Shown: positions 1 to 9,695 of the stretch, one piece after another
Position numbering within the stretch: the stretch's first letter is position 1
How the letters are laid out: each line of letters opens with the position of its first letter
NCBI GenBank assembly: GCA_002793015.1
Contig: PFPK01000029.1
Coordinates: 1 to 41,258 of the forward strand
Length of the DNA: 41,258 nucleotides
Direction: 5' to 3'
Source: Candidatus Magasanikbacteria bacterium CG_4_10_14_0_2_um_filter_37_12
Lineage (GTDB): Bacteria; Patescibacteriota; Patescibacteriia; Magasanikbacterales; UBA922
Program-made: the position numbers and the translations under genes
The notes under the pieces: model-generated
Told to the model about the DNA's origin: nothing
Seen by the model: only the letters and a program-made list of their open reading frames with translations
The model's database searches: none

Positions 1-25
1 CACATCTATCATAGATGTGTTTGTT
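1..25 (+). terminator. Palindrome at the window edge, possibly the terminator of an upstream gene outside the window
   Basis: CACATCTAT (1-9) and ATAGATGTG (11-19) are exact reverse complements, followed by TTTGTT. The context is cut off by the window edge. Confidence 0.25.
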
Positions 26-165
26 AATATCTATGTCCCCCGTCAAGCTCCCCTTGCACTTTCTTCACATTTTCTATATAATCATATACAACCTACATAT
101 GTGGGCTATGTCCTGCGTAGCGTCCTTAAAGACCACGCCATTTTATTCTTAAGTCATCTATATAT

Positions 166-795
166 ATGACTAAATATATCGGAACTCTTTTTGGTGCATT
201 CCTGCTGTTGGTCCTCGTCGGTGGTGGGTGTTCATCAAAAACAAAAGACATATCTTCTAACGAACAAAATGAAAGTACGGTGATAGAAAACACAGGAGAG
301 TCAAACAACATCGCGATGGAAGAGACAAACACTTCTATAAACAATGAAACGATAAACGAAGAAACAACGGAAGGTAACGACGAAAAAACAGCTGAAGATG
401 AAACACCCACAACAACAGACACCACAAAAGAAGAAACCATACAAACCATAAATACAACACCTACAGGAGCCGTGCAAGCATATTTTGAAGCTCAAATCAC
501 TGGTGCTGACGGCGCGCAATATATGTTACCAACTGCGATAACACACCCTATGATACAACAAATTCTCGCACAAACAGCATCATTTATATACACAGAAGTT
601 TCAACAGGAGATGTGACAGATATGCCTACAAAAGAAGATGCGAGTAATTATGAAAAAGCATTTGGCGCAGGTACTTACAAATATGTCATGACCAATTACA
701 AAGCAACCGTAGACGGTATGACAATCACACAATCAGACACTACTGTTGTCAAAGAAGACAACGGTCTTTGGTATGTCGTACGTCCAGCTATGTAA
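166..795 (+). CDS. Putative secreted lipoprotein, function unknown
   Basis: 209-aa ORF. The N-terminus MTKYIGTLFGAFLLLVLVGGGC reads as a signal peptide ending in a lipobox-like Cys. A T/E/N-rich low-complexity linker follows, then a globular C-terminal half. No family recognised. Confidence 0.6.
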   Translation: MTKYIGTLFGAFLLLVLVGGGCSSKTKDISSNEQNESTVIENTGESNNIAMEETNTSINNETINEETTEGNDEKTAEDETPTTTDTTKEETIQTINTTPTGAVQAYFEAQITGADGAQYMLPTAITHPMIQQILAQTASFIYTEVSTGDVTDMPTKEDASNYEKAFGAGTYKYVMTNYKATVDGMTITQSDTTVVKEDNGLWYVVRPAM

Positions 796-821
796 TTTAG
801 ATAATAATAAATAAAAAAATT

Positions 822-1604
822 ATGACAAAATACTCATATCTTTTTGCAACTTTTGCTCTTGTACTTGTACTCGGTGCTGGATGTGACAATACCACTGTCT
901 CAGACGATATTACTAGTCAAACAAAGGATGCAGAAGAAACAACAACAAATATAGTAAACACTACAAATACAGCTAATAGAACGACAAAACAAGCATCTAC
1001 AACAACACTTAAACTCACCGCAAAAGTAGTAAAAAATAATACTGTTGAATTCACGTGGGAAGCACCTGAATCACTTCTTGAAAAAGTAGAAAATTGGCGC
1101 ATCGTGTATGGAAAAGATCAAAACCCAACCTATCCAAGTACCTGGTGGTTTGAACGAAGTAAAACATACAGGGAAAAAACATGGGCAGGCCTCCCTGTCG
1201 GAGAAGGAAATTTCCGTGTATGTGCAGTTATAAATAATACCTGTACTGAATATAGTAACAATATCACAGTCACCGTCCCTGGTACTGACATTGCACCATC
1301 TGATGAAACAACGAAAGAACATGCAGATAATAAAACTGTTCCTGACGAGATAACAAAAGATACTACTAATAATCAAAAGCCTGCAGACGATGCAACAGAT
1401 ATGGTAAATGATTCTAGTATGACTGATGAAACTGATTCATCTGCTACATCAAATGATGATGCGATAGATAGCAAAGACATAAATGATGACGCCATGGCAG
1501 ATGATGATACAGCTACATCAACTGACGACAACACAACAGATGACACGAGTACTAATGAGATAGTAACAACAACTGACGATATTTCAACAACTACACAAGA
1601 ATAA
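822..1604 (+). CDS. Putative lipoprotein with an FN3-like domain and an acidic T/D-rich tail
   Basis: 260-aa ORF. The signal peptide ends in the lipobox LGAGC. The central segment LKLTAKVVKNNTVEFTWEAP...FRVCAVINNTCTEYSNNITVTV looks FN3-like. The C-terminal ~90 aa are D/T-rich low complexity. Confidence 0.65.
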   Translation: MTKYSYLFATFALVLVLGAGCDNTTVSDDITSQTKDAEETTTNIVNTTNTANRTTKQASTTTLKLTAKVVKNNTVEFTWEAPESLLEKVENWRIVYGKDQNPTYPSTWWFERSKTYREKTWAGLPVGEGNFRVCAVINNTCTEYSNNITVTVPGTDIAPSDETTKEHADNKTVPDEITKDTTNNQKPADDATDMVNDSSMTDETDSSATSNDDAIDSKDINDDAMADDDTATSTDDNTTDDTSTNEIVTTTDDISTTTQE

Positions 1605-1621
1605 TATTCTTGCATATAAAT

Positions 1622-1651
1622 AAAAAACTCTCAGTCAGTGAGAGTTTTTTT
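1622..1651. terminator. Bidirectional rho-independent terminator between convergent genes
   Basis: AAAAAACTCTC-AGTCAGT-GAGAGTTTTTTT: a perfect stem with an A-run on one side and a T-run on the other. It lies between the stop at 1604 (+) and the uvrB stop at 1664 (-). Confidence 0.85.
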
Positions 1652-1663
1652 ATATAATTTATA

Positions 1664-3802
1664 TTATTTTTTATACAATTTCAATTCTCGTATCTCATCT
1701 CGCAAAATCGCTGCTAACTCAAATTCTAAAGCTTTCGCCGCTTCTCTCATCTGTTCCTCTTTATCTTTCATAATGTCTTCGATTGGCCGACCGTCCCCTG
1801 CTAAATCAAGCTGTAATAATCGTTTATTTTTCGTATTTCGTAATTTCATAGTTTTCGTATTTCGTATATTTATTCCAAATTCTTCCAAAATATTCTTGAT
1901 ACTTTTCTCAATAGTTTTTGGTGTGATGCCATGTTTTTTATTATAGGCAAGTTGAATGCTACGACGACGATCAGTTTCTTCTATCGCACGTTCAATTGAT
2001 TTTGTAATAACGTCAGCATACATCACGACTTGTCCATTGACATTACGAGCTGCCCTACCAATCGTCTGAATAAGACTCGTGTCATTACGCAAAAATCCTT
2101 CTTTGTCCGCATCAAGAATTGCCACAAGAGAAACCTCCGGAATATCCAAACCTTCACGAAGTAAATTGACACCTACAATTACATCTATCTCTCCTCTACG
2201 CAATTTTGTGATAACTTCAATTCGCTCTATCGTATGAATATCACTGTGTAAATAAGCAACTTTAATTTTTTTATCTTTAAGATAATCAGTGAGATCTTCT
2301 GCCATTTTCTTAGTAAGTGTTGTAACCAATGTTCGTTCACCTTTTTTGATTCTGTCTTCAATTCTTTCAATAACATCTTCAATTTGTGACAATATAACTT
2401 TTGACTTCCCTGTCACGGGTAAAATCAAAACCTCAGGATCTACAAGTCCCGTTGGTCGTACGACTTGTTCAACGATCTGATCACTATGTGTATGTTCATA
2501 TTCAGCAGGTGTAGCTGATACAAAAATAGTTTGCTCCACGCGCTTGGTAAACTCATCAAATTTGAGTGGCCGATTATCAAGGGCACTGGGCAAACGAAAT
2601 CCATGCTCAATCAACGTTTCTTTCCTGGCTCTATCGCCATTGTACATGCCACGAATTTGAGGAAGTGTTACGTGTGACTCGTCTATCATCGTAAGAAAAG
2701 ATCCCGATTCCACCCCCTTTTTAAGAGAATGGTTATGGAGAGGTTGTGCTGTTTTTTTACCATTTCCAGCCGCATATTTAAAATAATCAATAAGCGTAAA
2801 CGCAGGTTCTTCTTCACTTCGCCCATCAAAATGTCGCGAATAATTTTCTATCCCGTTGCAATAGCCAATGTTCTTTATCATTTCAAGATCATATCGTGTT
2901 TTTCTTTTCAATCGTTCATATTCAAGAACTTTGCCTATTTTTTTGAAATAAGCTAACCGATCTTTCAACTCTGCTTCAATATTCCCAAACGCCCTGTCTC
3001 TTTCTATATCAGAAATAACATAATGTTTCGCGGGAAATAACCAGACATCATGTACGGACAGGTCGCACCTGCCCGCCGAATTGGAGGGACCTGTCCGTAC
3101 GGGTGTAATAATTTTTCTTGTAATTGGGTCAACCATTTCAATCAAATCAATTTTATCTGAAATTTCAAACCGATAAATTTTTTCCTCATTAACTGGCATT
3201 ATTTCAAAAACTTGTCCATGCATACGAAATGTACCGCGTGTTATGACTGAATTCGTACGTTTAAATTGCATAGAAATAAGTTGTTCCATCATACCACGAC
3301 GATCAAGCTCTTGACCTTGTGTCAAATGTAAAACTGTTTTTTCATAATCAAGTGGATTACCTAGATTGTAAATTGCAGAAACTGACGCCACAATTATGAC
3401 ATCACGACGCGTAAGAAGTGCTTGTGTGCAAGCATGACGAAGTCTGTCTATTTCTTCATTTATCTGCGCTTCTTTTTCAATATACGTATCACTTCCCGGC
3501 ATATACGCTTCTGGCTGATAATAATCATAATAACTAACAAAATATTCCACGGCGTTTTCTGGAAAAAATTCACGAAATTCATTACATAGTTGTGCGGCAA
3601 GTGTTTTATTGTGTGCAATCACAAGTGTTGGCATCTGTGTTTTTTCAATAACATTTGCAATTGTGAATGTCTTTCCCGAACCAGTCACACCAAGAAGTGT
3701 CTGGTTCTTCATATTTTTTTCCAAACCTAAAACAAGCCTACGTATTGCATCTGGCTGGCTTCCTGCTGGTTTGTATGGTGATTTAATCTTAAATTTCGGC
3801 AT
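1664..3802 (-). CDS. uvrB: Excinuclease ABC subunit B (UvrB)
   Basis: 712 aa. Walker A motif GVTGSGKT. Conserved blocks YYDYYQPEAY, DESHVTLPQIRGMYNGDRARKETLIEHGFRLPSALDNRPL and LLREGLDIPEVSLVAILDADKEGFLR. C-terminal UVR motif (ELAAILRDEI). It is longer than typical UvrB proteins because of short insertions. Confidence 0.97.
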   Translation of the reverse strand: MPKFKIKSPYKPAGSQPDAIRRLVLGLEKNMKNQTLLGVTGSGKTFTIANVIEKTQMPTLVIAHNKTLAAQLCNEFREFFPENAVEYFVSYYDYYQPEAYMPGSDTYIEKEAQINEEIDRLRHACTQALLTRRDVIIVASVSAIYNLGNPLDYEKTVLHLTQGQELDRRGMMEQLISMQFKRTNSVITRGTFRMHGQVFEIMPVNEEKIYRFEISDKIDLIEMVDPITRKIITPVRTGPSNSAGRCDLSVHDVWLFPAKHYVISDIERDRAFGNIEAELKDRLAYFKKIGKVLEYERLKRKTRYDLEMIKNIGYCNGIENYSRHFDGRSEEEPAFTLIDYFKYAAGNGKKTAQPLHNHSLKKGVESGSFLTMIDESHVTLPQIRGMYNGDRARKETLIEHGFRLPSALDNRPLKFDEFTKRVEQTIFVSATPAEYEHTHSDQIVEQVVRPTGLVDPEVLILPVTGKSKVILSQIEDVIERIEDRIKKGERTLVTTLTKKMAEDLTDYLKDKKIKVAYLHSDIHTIERIEVITKLRRGEIDVIVGVNLLREGLDIPEVSLVAILDADKEGFLRNDTSLIQTIGRAARNVNGQVVMYADVITKSIERAIEETDRRRSIQLAYNKKHGITPKTIEKSIKNILEEFGINIRNTKTMKLRNTKNKRLLQLDLAGDGRPIEDIMKDKEEQMREAAKALEFELAAILRDEIRELKLYKK
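3052..3100. repeat. GC-rich palindromic element lying in-frame inside uvrB
   Basis: GTACGGACAGGTC (3052-3064) and GACCTGTCCGTAC (3088-3100) are exact reverse complements separated by 23 nt (GCACCTGCCCGCCGAATTGGAGG). The stretch is far more GC-rich than the surrounding gene. It encodes the extra UvrB segment ...RTGPSNSAGRCDLSV... Confidence 0.8.
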
Positions 3803-3886
3803 ATTTTTGCTCTATTTATTAGCAAAAATTTAAAAAATCTTGACAAAAAGTATACCATAAAAATATACAAAATGATATCTATTATA

Positions 3887-4741
3887 GGTTCTTCGTAAAT
3901 TATTGTGGGTAGCATGTTCAAATGATTGAAAATCTTGTATCATAAAGACTGTATTATTCATAACATAGTCTCTATGGTACAAGATTTAAACGGTCATTAC
4001 AAGTTATTACTCGGTTTGTCTGAACCGTGGAAGATAGAAACTGTTGATCTCTCAATTGATTCGTCTGAAGTTACTATTACGGTTGCGTATCCGAAAAGTG
4101 TTACGGTGGTGTGTCCCGGATGTGGAATGGCTACGAGTATCTATGATTATCGAAAAAATCGCTCATGGAGACATTTAGACACGATGCAGTTTAAGACAAT
4201 CATCACCTGTGCGACTCCACGTTCCAATTGTGATACCTGTGGTATTAAGACAATTTCCGTACCGTGGGCTAACAAAGGCTCAGGCTTTACCCTTTTGTTT
4301 GAGTATTTTGCTATTTCTGTAATTACACATACCAGTTCAATCACCGCGGCCACCAAGCTGTTAAACCTCAATTGGCATCAAATTCAATCAATCATGGCTC
4401 GAGCTGTCGTACGAGGTCTTGAGAAACGTGATGGTACCGATACAATTGAATACATAGGTATTGATGAAAAGAGTTTCTTAAAAAAACATACGTATATATC
4501 CAATTTATATGATTTAGACAAGGGACGTATCTTAGATGTGGTGGAAGGGAGAAAAAAGGAACACGCACAAGCACTACTCAACACAATAGAACCGGACGTA
4601 CGAGGATGGGTTAAAGCAGTGGCTAAGGTCTCAAAAGCATGGGCTATCAAAGAAGCCTTCGGTCAATTCTGGACATACCTGTATCCAAAATCAATTGAAT
4701 TCAAACCAATTTATGCTATACTAAATACAATAAATGTATGA
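3887..4741 (+). mobile_element. Degraded ISL3-family insertion sequence: left end and truncated transposase only
   Basis: GGTTCTTCGTAAATTATTGTGGGTAGC at 3887 resembles, from memory, the GG(C/T)TCTT-type termini of ISL3 elements. I found no matching right inverted repeat. The transposase ORF is internally deleted and C-terminally truncated. Confidence 0.55.
3926..4741 (+). pseudogene. ISL3-family transposase remnant, DDE core deleted
   Basis: 271-aa ORF (TTG at 3926, in-frame ATG at 3974). The N-terminal zinc-finger and HTH region typical of ISL3 transposases is present (LLGLSEPWKIETVDL, CPGCG...RSWRHLD...PRSNCDTCG...VPWA, IGIDEKSF). After ...VRGWVKAVA the expected MDM / DDE core is missing, and the sequence jumps to the late motif AWAIKEAFGQFW. 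The C-terminal ~90 aa are also absent. Confidence 0.7.
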
Positions 4742-7700
4742 CATATTTTCATACACTAAAATCAAAATCAGACTGGATTCCCATCATTGCCAATATTATT
4801 ATTACAGGTCTTTTTGTATTTTTAATATTTTCTTATAACATTACAAAAACACCAGATAAACTCAAGATAGATGTAGATAATACACAATCAGAAGTACTCA
4901 ATAATATTGATGCTGACAACAAAAAAACTCAATCTTTTTTTACCAAAAACGAAGGGCAACTTGAAAACAATGATATTTCTTTTTATTATCAAGGAGTCAA
5001 CAAAAACACATACTTCAAAAATAACATGCTCGTCTACGCCAATACGTATGCGAATGAGATAGAAAATAAAGACGATACAATCCCGTTACTTCCTTTTGAA
5101 CATCCAGAAATAAATACACACACTACTGTGTACACGACCACATTTCTCAACAGTAATCCACTTGCAGAGATCCAAGGAGACAAACAAGTTGATACCAGTA
5201 TAAATTATTTTGTTGGTAGTAAAGACAAATGGAAGAGTGACGTACCAGGCTACACAGAATTGAACTATACAAATTTATACAACAATATCGATGCTACATA
5301 CCGCTTTACTAACACGGGCATAAAGTCTGATTTTTTTGTTGCACATGGTGGCAATCCACAGGATATTATCATGCAATATGATGGTGTTGATTCATTGTCA
5401 ATTAATGACCAAGGAGATTTGATAATACAGACAAAAGATGAAACATTTTATAACAGAAAACCAATTTCTTATCAGATAATAAACGGCCAACAGATACCTG
5501 TAGAAGTTGAATATACGCTTGCAAACAATATGGTTTCGTACAGCGTTGGCGAGTATGATAACAATGAAACATTAATAATTGATCCTGTTATGGATTATAT
5601 AGTCAATAGCACATTTTGGGGAGGCGCTGGATCTGACTATGCTCAAACAATAACTGAAGATGAAGATGGTAACATATACATAGCAGGAACACTTACCACC
5701 AATAACATGACCATGACCACCGGAACATACGACAACACGTTTGGAGGTGTCCAAGACGGTTTTATTGCAAAATTCAGTCATGATTTATCACAATTGCTTG
5801 CATCAACATATATTGGTGGAACAAATAATGAATCAATCAGTAATATTGCTGTTCGCAATAATAGTGTGTATATAGGAGGACAAACAAAAAGTTCAGATTT
5901 CCCTACCACTACACTAGGATATGATATAAGCCATACAGGCGATGGAAATTGGGATATTTTTGTGACAAAATTAAACACAAATCTTACGATGCTGGAGGAA
6001 TCAACATTTCTTGGCGGAAGTGGAGATGAACAATTTTCTGCCTTCTTATTCAATGGTGATGATGCTCTTGTAGTACTTGAAAATACAACGTCAATCGATT
6101 TTCCAACCACAACAGCAGCTTACGAACCAACGCATAGTGGAGGAACATACGATGGAACAATAAGTATTCTCAACACAAATTTACAAGCACTCGACGCTTC
6201 AACCTATATAGGTGGGAGCGGTGTGGATGTCGTTACAGACATAACAATATATAATTCTGAAATTATTGGAGTTGGTATTACCAGTGGCTCTTTTCCAACC
6301 ACAACAAATGCATATGATATAACTTACAATGGTGGTGCGTATGATAACATCATATTCAAAATGAGTGTTGACTTAACCACACTCAACGCATCTACGTATC
6401 TTGGTGGATCTGGAAATGATTGGGCGATTTTTATAGACAGAAACGCTGACGGTGATATTTTCCTCCATGGAAGGACGGCTAGCACAAATTTTCCTACCAG
6501 CACAGGAGCATACGACGGAAGTTTTAATGGAGGTGTATATGATTCTTTTGTAACCATACTAAACAACGATCTCACATCAATGATCGCTTCAACATATATT
6601 GGTGGCTCTGACCAAGAAAACGCCTGGGATATATTAGTTAACGACGATAACAGTATCATAATATTTGGTGATACAAAAAGTACAAATTTTCCAACAACAG
6701 AAAATACATACGATACCACACACAACGGAGGAACATACGACTGGTTTGTTTCAGAATTCAATAGCACACTAACGTCCCTTACTGATTCTACGTTTATCGG
6801 CGGAAATACAGCGATCAATGATGGTGATCAAGTAAGACAAATGATTCGTTCAAATGATGGCACATTATATCTCACTGGATATGTTGCGTCAGGCTTTCCA
6901 ATTGCTCAAGGTGGATACCAGACTACGGTAAGTGGCAACAGCGACTCTGCCATTCTGTGCATGTATGCCAATCCACCTATTACCCCAGAAATTACTGCTA
7001 GTTCTACACCTACAGATGGTGCTGGAAATATACCTATCACTGTGGATGTAAATGACGCTGATACGCTAGATATTTCACTCACTACCTTTTACAAAGTTGG
7101 TGTGTGTGGTGGAGATACCTCTGGCCTGACTACAAGCACACTTACAGAAACATATTCTCTTTCAAACACAACCGGCAGTGAGACATTCTCCTCAGCCTCG
7201 ATAGGCGCACATCATATTGAAAATATCTCTACGCTGTCTGGCACAAACACTATCCAAATTGCCTGGAATTCTCTTTCTGACGTGCCAGATGTTGAAGGAA
7301 ATTATTGTGTATTTATAAAAACAAATGATGGTATTTCTGATTCATCTTATGCTAGTACCACATTTACAATTGATAATATCTCCCCTACTGTTCCAGGTGC
7401 TTTGAGTGTACATACAACTTCGGCAGGTTCTGTCATTCTTAATTTTGGATCAGCATCAAATGACACTAATTTTTCTGAATACAAAATATATTATATGATA
7501 GGAAGTTCAGGTGTGTCTGTCACTTCTGGGACAGACTTTACTTCGTCTAGCGACATAAACTTAGCCACACCAACATTTAATAGCACAACAACAACAGAAA
7601 TTACAGGATTACTCCCAAATACACAATATGTATTTAACATTTGGAGTTATGATACTTATGGAAACAATACTTCCTCTACCTCAGAACTAACATTTTATAC

Positions 7701-9588
7701 CCTTGCCAACGTACCAACGACACTTGTTGCATCAAGCACCGAGCAGACAAGTGTTACTGTCACATGGAATGTAAATGGTAATAATACAGGCACCTATTAC
7801 TATGTAGATAATACCACCGCAGGTACAAACTCTGGTTGGACAACGAGTGCGTTATGGCCATCGTCTGGTTTGGCATGTGGCAATTCGTATACTTTTACAG
7901 CAAAAGCAAAAAACGCAAACGGAATAGAGACGAGTGCCACTTCCGCAAATTTATCCACTGAAAATTGTAATCCAAAACCTAGTGGATGCGGGGCATCTTG
8001 CCCCAAACCACTAGCAGAACCAGTGGATAAATTCTATATAATTATAAATGATGGGTCGGCAAATACATCCAATAAGTCAATCACCTTAAAACTAAATGGT
8101 GGCCATGATGCAGATATGATGGTGATTTCTGAAGATCAAACATTTACTAATTTAGCCAAAGAAAAATACTCTGCCCAAAAAACATGGATACTCTCTGACG
8201 AAGATGGACTAAAAACTATATATGCCAAATTCTACAATAAAGATGGCACTGCTTCAGCGACTTTTTCAGATAGTATAACACTAGACACAAAAACAACAAT
8301 TCCACCGCCAACTATTACAATGCCAAAAAATAACAACACTTTTACTTCTTTGCCTATCCAAATAACTGGCAAAGCTTTACCGGAGTCGAATGTGTCTGTC
8401 ACTATAGATGACACCACCTACACCACAAAGTCCACAAAAACAGGAGACTTTAATGTAACGATTTTAGAAATTTTGTCAACAGGAACACACAGCATTACAA
8501 TAAGTCAGACAGATCAAAATGGTGTTACTAGCGAACAAAAAAAATATGTCATAAACTACACACCTTCAAATGAAAACAAAAACCAAGAAACAAAATCGGA
8601 CAAAACAGCAGATGTAGGTAAACAAACAGAAATTACTACAAACCAAGACATTTCAAAACAAACCAAAGAAGAAAATGGATCTAAAACAATACAAGAATCG
8701 CTAGGTGCTAAAAATGTAGTTGAACAAACAAAAACATTGGAAGAAATACAAAAAATTATTACAAAAACTCAAAAACAAAAGGCTTACCTACTAGTTGTCA
8801 CAAATCAATCAACCGCCTTTGCACAAAAACAAACTAATACAATCAAATCATTGCCAGGTGAAAATATAAACATCCTAATCCGACCAAATAACGACACCCA
8901 CAGTATCACCGCCAGACTATACAAAAATGATTCTGCCACAATAGATACAGAAAAAAATAATCTAACAAGTTCAAAAGAAAAATCTGTGCTAGATTATCTC
9001 AAAAAAATGTTTGGGGTAGAAATCGCCCACGCCAAAAGTCAAACACAAAATAAGCCCTCCTGGATCAAAGGGTACAAGTTTATTTTTGACCAAAATATGA
9101 ATTCATTTGTTGGGTCTATCGACTTGCCAGAGTTATCAGCAGGATCATACAAATTAGTAATTAGCGTCAATGAAAAAGATGGAAGCAGAACAGATATCAC
9201 CAAGCAATTATCTATCCAACAAAAAGGAACAATACTATCAACAGGAAGATGTAACAACATAAAAACTGTCCCCCATGCCAGAATAGAAGTCTTTCACCAA
9301 AACGAAAATAAAGAATTTGTTTCATGGCCAGGCAATATCTTTGGGCAGAACAACCCAACAATCTCCAATGAAATAGGTAACTACAGTCTCCAACTGCCTA
9401 CTGGAGTATACTATTTAAACATTGACACACCTCGACACGAACAAAAACAAACAAAAATAATGATACTTCGAGAAGATAGCATTATAGCCCAAGACATAGT
9501 ATTACAAAAACAACAATCCACTTTCTGGTACAAAACACTGGACTGGATCCAAAAAATCGTGTTAGGCCTAGACTGCGTCTACAACTAA
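4738..9588 (+). CDS. Giant membrane-anchored surface protein (DUF7948-like N-terminal region, 7 SBBP beta-propeller repeats, 2 FN3 domains, Ig-like domains, CarboxypepD_reg-like C-terminus)
   Basis: 1616 aa. N-terminal TM helix IPIIANIIITGLFVFLIFSY. Seven ~65-aa repeats start with ST(Y/F)(I/L/W)GG at aa 291, 356, 422, 488, 552, 618 and 684, each carrying the FPTT..AYD...GG.YD motif of SBBP repeats (nt ~5608-6972). Two FN3-like domains span aa ~881-1077 (nt ~7378-7968). A Cys-rich linker reads NCNPKPSGCGASCPKP. Two Ig-like modules follow. A K/Q/T-rich linker leads to a C-terminal carboxypeptidase-regulatory-like beta-sandwich. The ATG overlaps the transposase-remnant stop (ATGA). Confidence 0.85.
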   Translation: MTYFHTLKSKSDWIPIIANIIITGLFVFLIFSYNITKTPDKLKIDVDNTQSEVLNNIDADNKKTQSFFTKNEGQLENNDISFYYQGVNKNTYFKNNMLVYANTYANEIENKDDTIPLLPFEHPEINTHTTVYTTTFLNSNPLAEIQGDKQVDTSINYFVGSKDKWKSDVPGYTELNYTNLYNNIDATYRFTNTGIKSDFFVAHGGNPQDIIMQYDGVDSLSINDQGDLIIQTKDETFYNRKPISYQIINGQQIPVEVEYTLANNMVSYSVGEYDNNETLIIDPVMDYIVNSTFWGGAGSDYAQTITEDEDGNIYIAGTLTTNNMTMTTGTYDNTFGGVQDGFIAKFSHDLSQLLASTYIGGTNNESISNIAVRNNSVYIGGQTKSSDFPTTTLGYDISHTGDGNWDIFVTKLNTNLTMLEESTFLGGSGDEQFSAFLFNGDDALVVLENTTSIDFPTTTAAYEPTHSGGTYDGTISILNTNLQALDASTYIGGSGVDVVTDITIYNSEIIGVGITSGSFPTTTNAYDITYNGGAYDNIIFKMSVDLTTLNASTYLGGSGNDWAIFIDRNADGDIFLHGRTASTNFPTSTGAYDGSFNGGVYDSFVTILNNDLTSMIASTYIGGSDQENAWDILVNDDNSIIIFGDTKSTNFPTTENTYDTTHNGGTYDWFVSEFNSTLTSLTDSTFIGGNTAINDGDQVRQMIRSNDGTLYLTGYVASGFPIAQGGYQTTVSGNSDSAILCMYANPPITPEITASSTPTDGAGNIPITVDVNDADTLDISLTTFYKVGVCGGDTSGLTTSTLTETYSLSNTTGSETFSSASIGAHHIENISTLSGTNTIQIAWNSLSDVPDVEGNYCVFIKTNDGISDSSYASTTFTIDNISPTVPGALSVHTTSAGSVILNFGSASNDTNFSEYKIYYMIGSSGVSVTSGTDFTSSSDINLATPTFNSTTTTEITGLLPNTQYVFNIWSYDTYGNNTSSTSELTFYTLANVPTTLVASSTEQTSVTVTWNVNGNNTGTYYYVDNTTAGTNSGWTTSALWPSSGLACGNSYTFTAKAKNANGIETSATSANLSTENCNPKPSGCGASCPKPLAEPVDKFYIIINDGSANTSNKSITLKLNGGHDADMMVISEDQTFTNLAKEKYSAQKTWILSDEDGLKTIYAKFYNKDGTASATFSDSITLDTKTTIPPPTITMPKNNNTFTSLPIQITGKALPESNVSVTIDDTTYTTKSTKTGDFNVTILEILSTGTHSITISQTDQNGVTSEQKKYVINYTPSNENKNQETKSDKTADVGKQTEITTNQDISKQTKEENGSKTIQESLGAKNVVEQTKTLEEIQKIITKTQKQKAYLLVVTNQSTAFAQKQTNTIKSLPGENINILIRPNNDTHSITARLYKNDSATIDTEKNNLTSSKEKSVLDYLKKMFGVEIAHAKSQTQNKPSWIKGYKFIFDQNMNSFVGSIDLPELSAGSYKLVISVNEKDGSRTDITKQLSIQQKGTILSTGRCNNIKTVPHARIEVFHQNENKEFVSWPGNIFGQNNPTISNEIGNYSLQLPTGVYYLNIDTPRHEQKQTKIMILREDSIIAQDIVLQKQQSTFWYKTLDWIQKIVLGLDCVYN

Positions 9589-9651
9589 ACTCCAGCAAAA
9601 ATATAAGTGATTACAAAAGTTATCTAAAAATTCTTATTCTCCTAGACAACC

Positions 9652-9685
9652 AAAAAAAAAGGCTGTTTCATACCAGTCTTTTTGA
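9652..9685. terminator. Bidirectional terminator between convergent genes
   Basis: An A9 run, then stem AAGGCTG / CAGTCTT (one G-U pair) with an 8-nt loop, then TTTTT. It lies between the stops at 9588 (+) and 9696 (-). Confidence 0.7.
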
Positions 9686-9695
9686 TCTAAAAAAA

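Noticed and set aside
1638-1946. 102-aa plus-strand ORF starting in the terminator region.
   Set aside because: It begins within the bidirectional terminator and overlaps the 3' end of uvrB in antisense. Its F/I/S-rich composition is typical of an AT-rich shadow frame.
5608-6972. Periodic repeats inside the giant gene, considered as a DNA tandem repeat or CRISPR-like array.
   Set aside because: The periodicity (~195 nt) is visible only at the protein level, as SBBP blades. The DNA copies are highly diverged, there is no repeat-spacer structure, and the region lies in one continuous ORF. No CRISPR array is present anywhere in the window.
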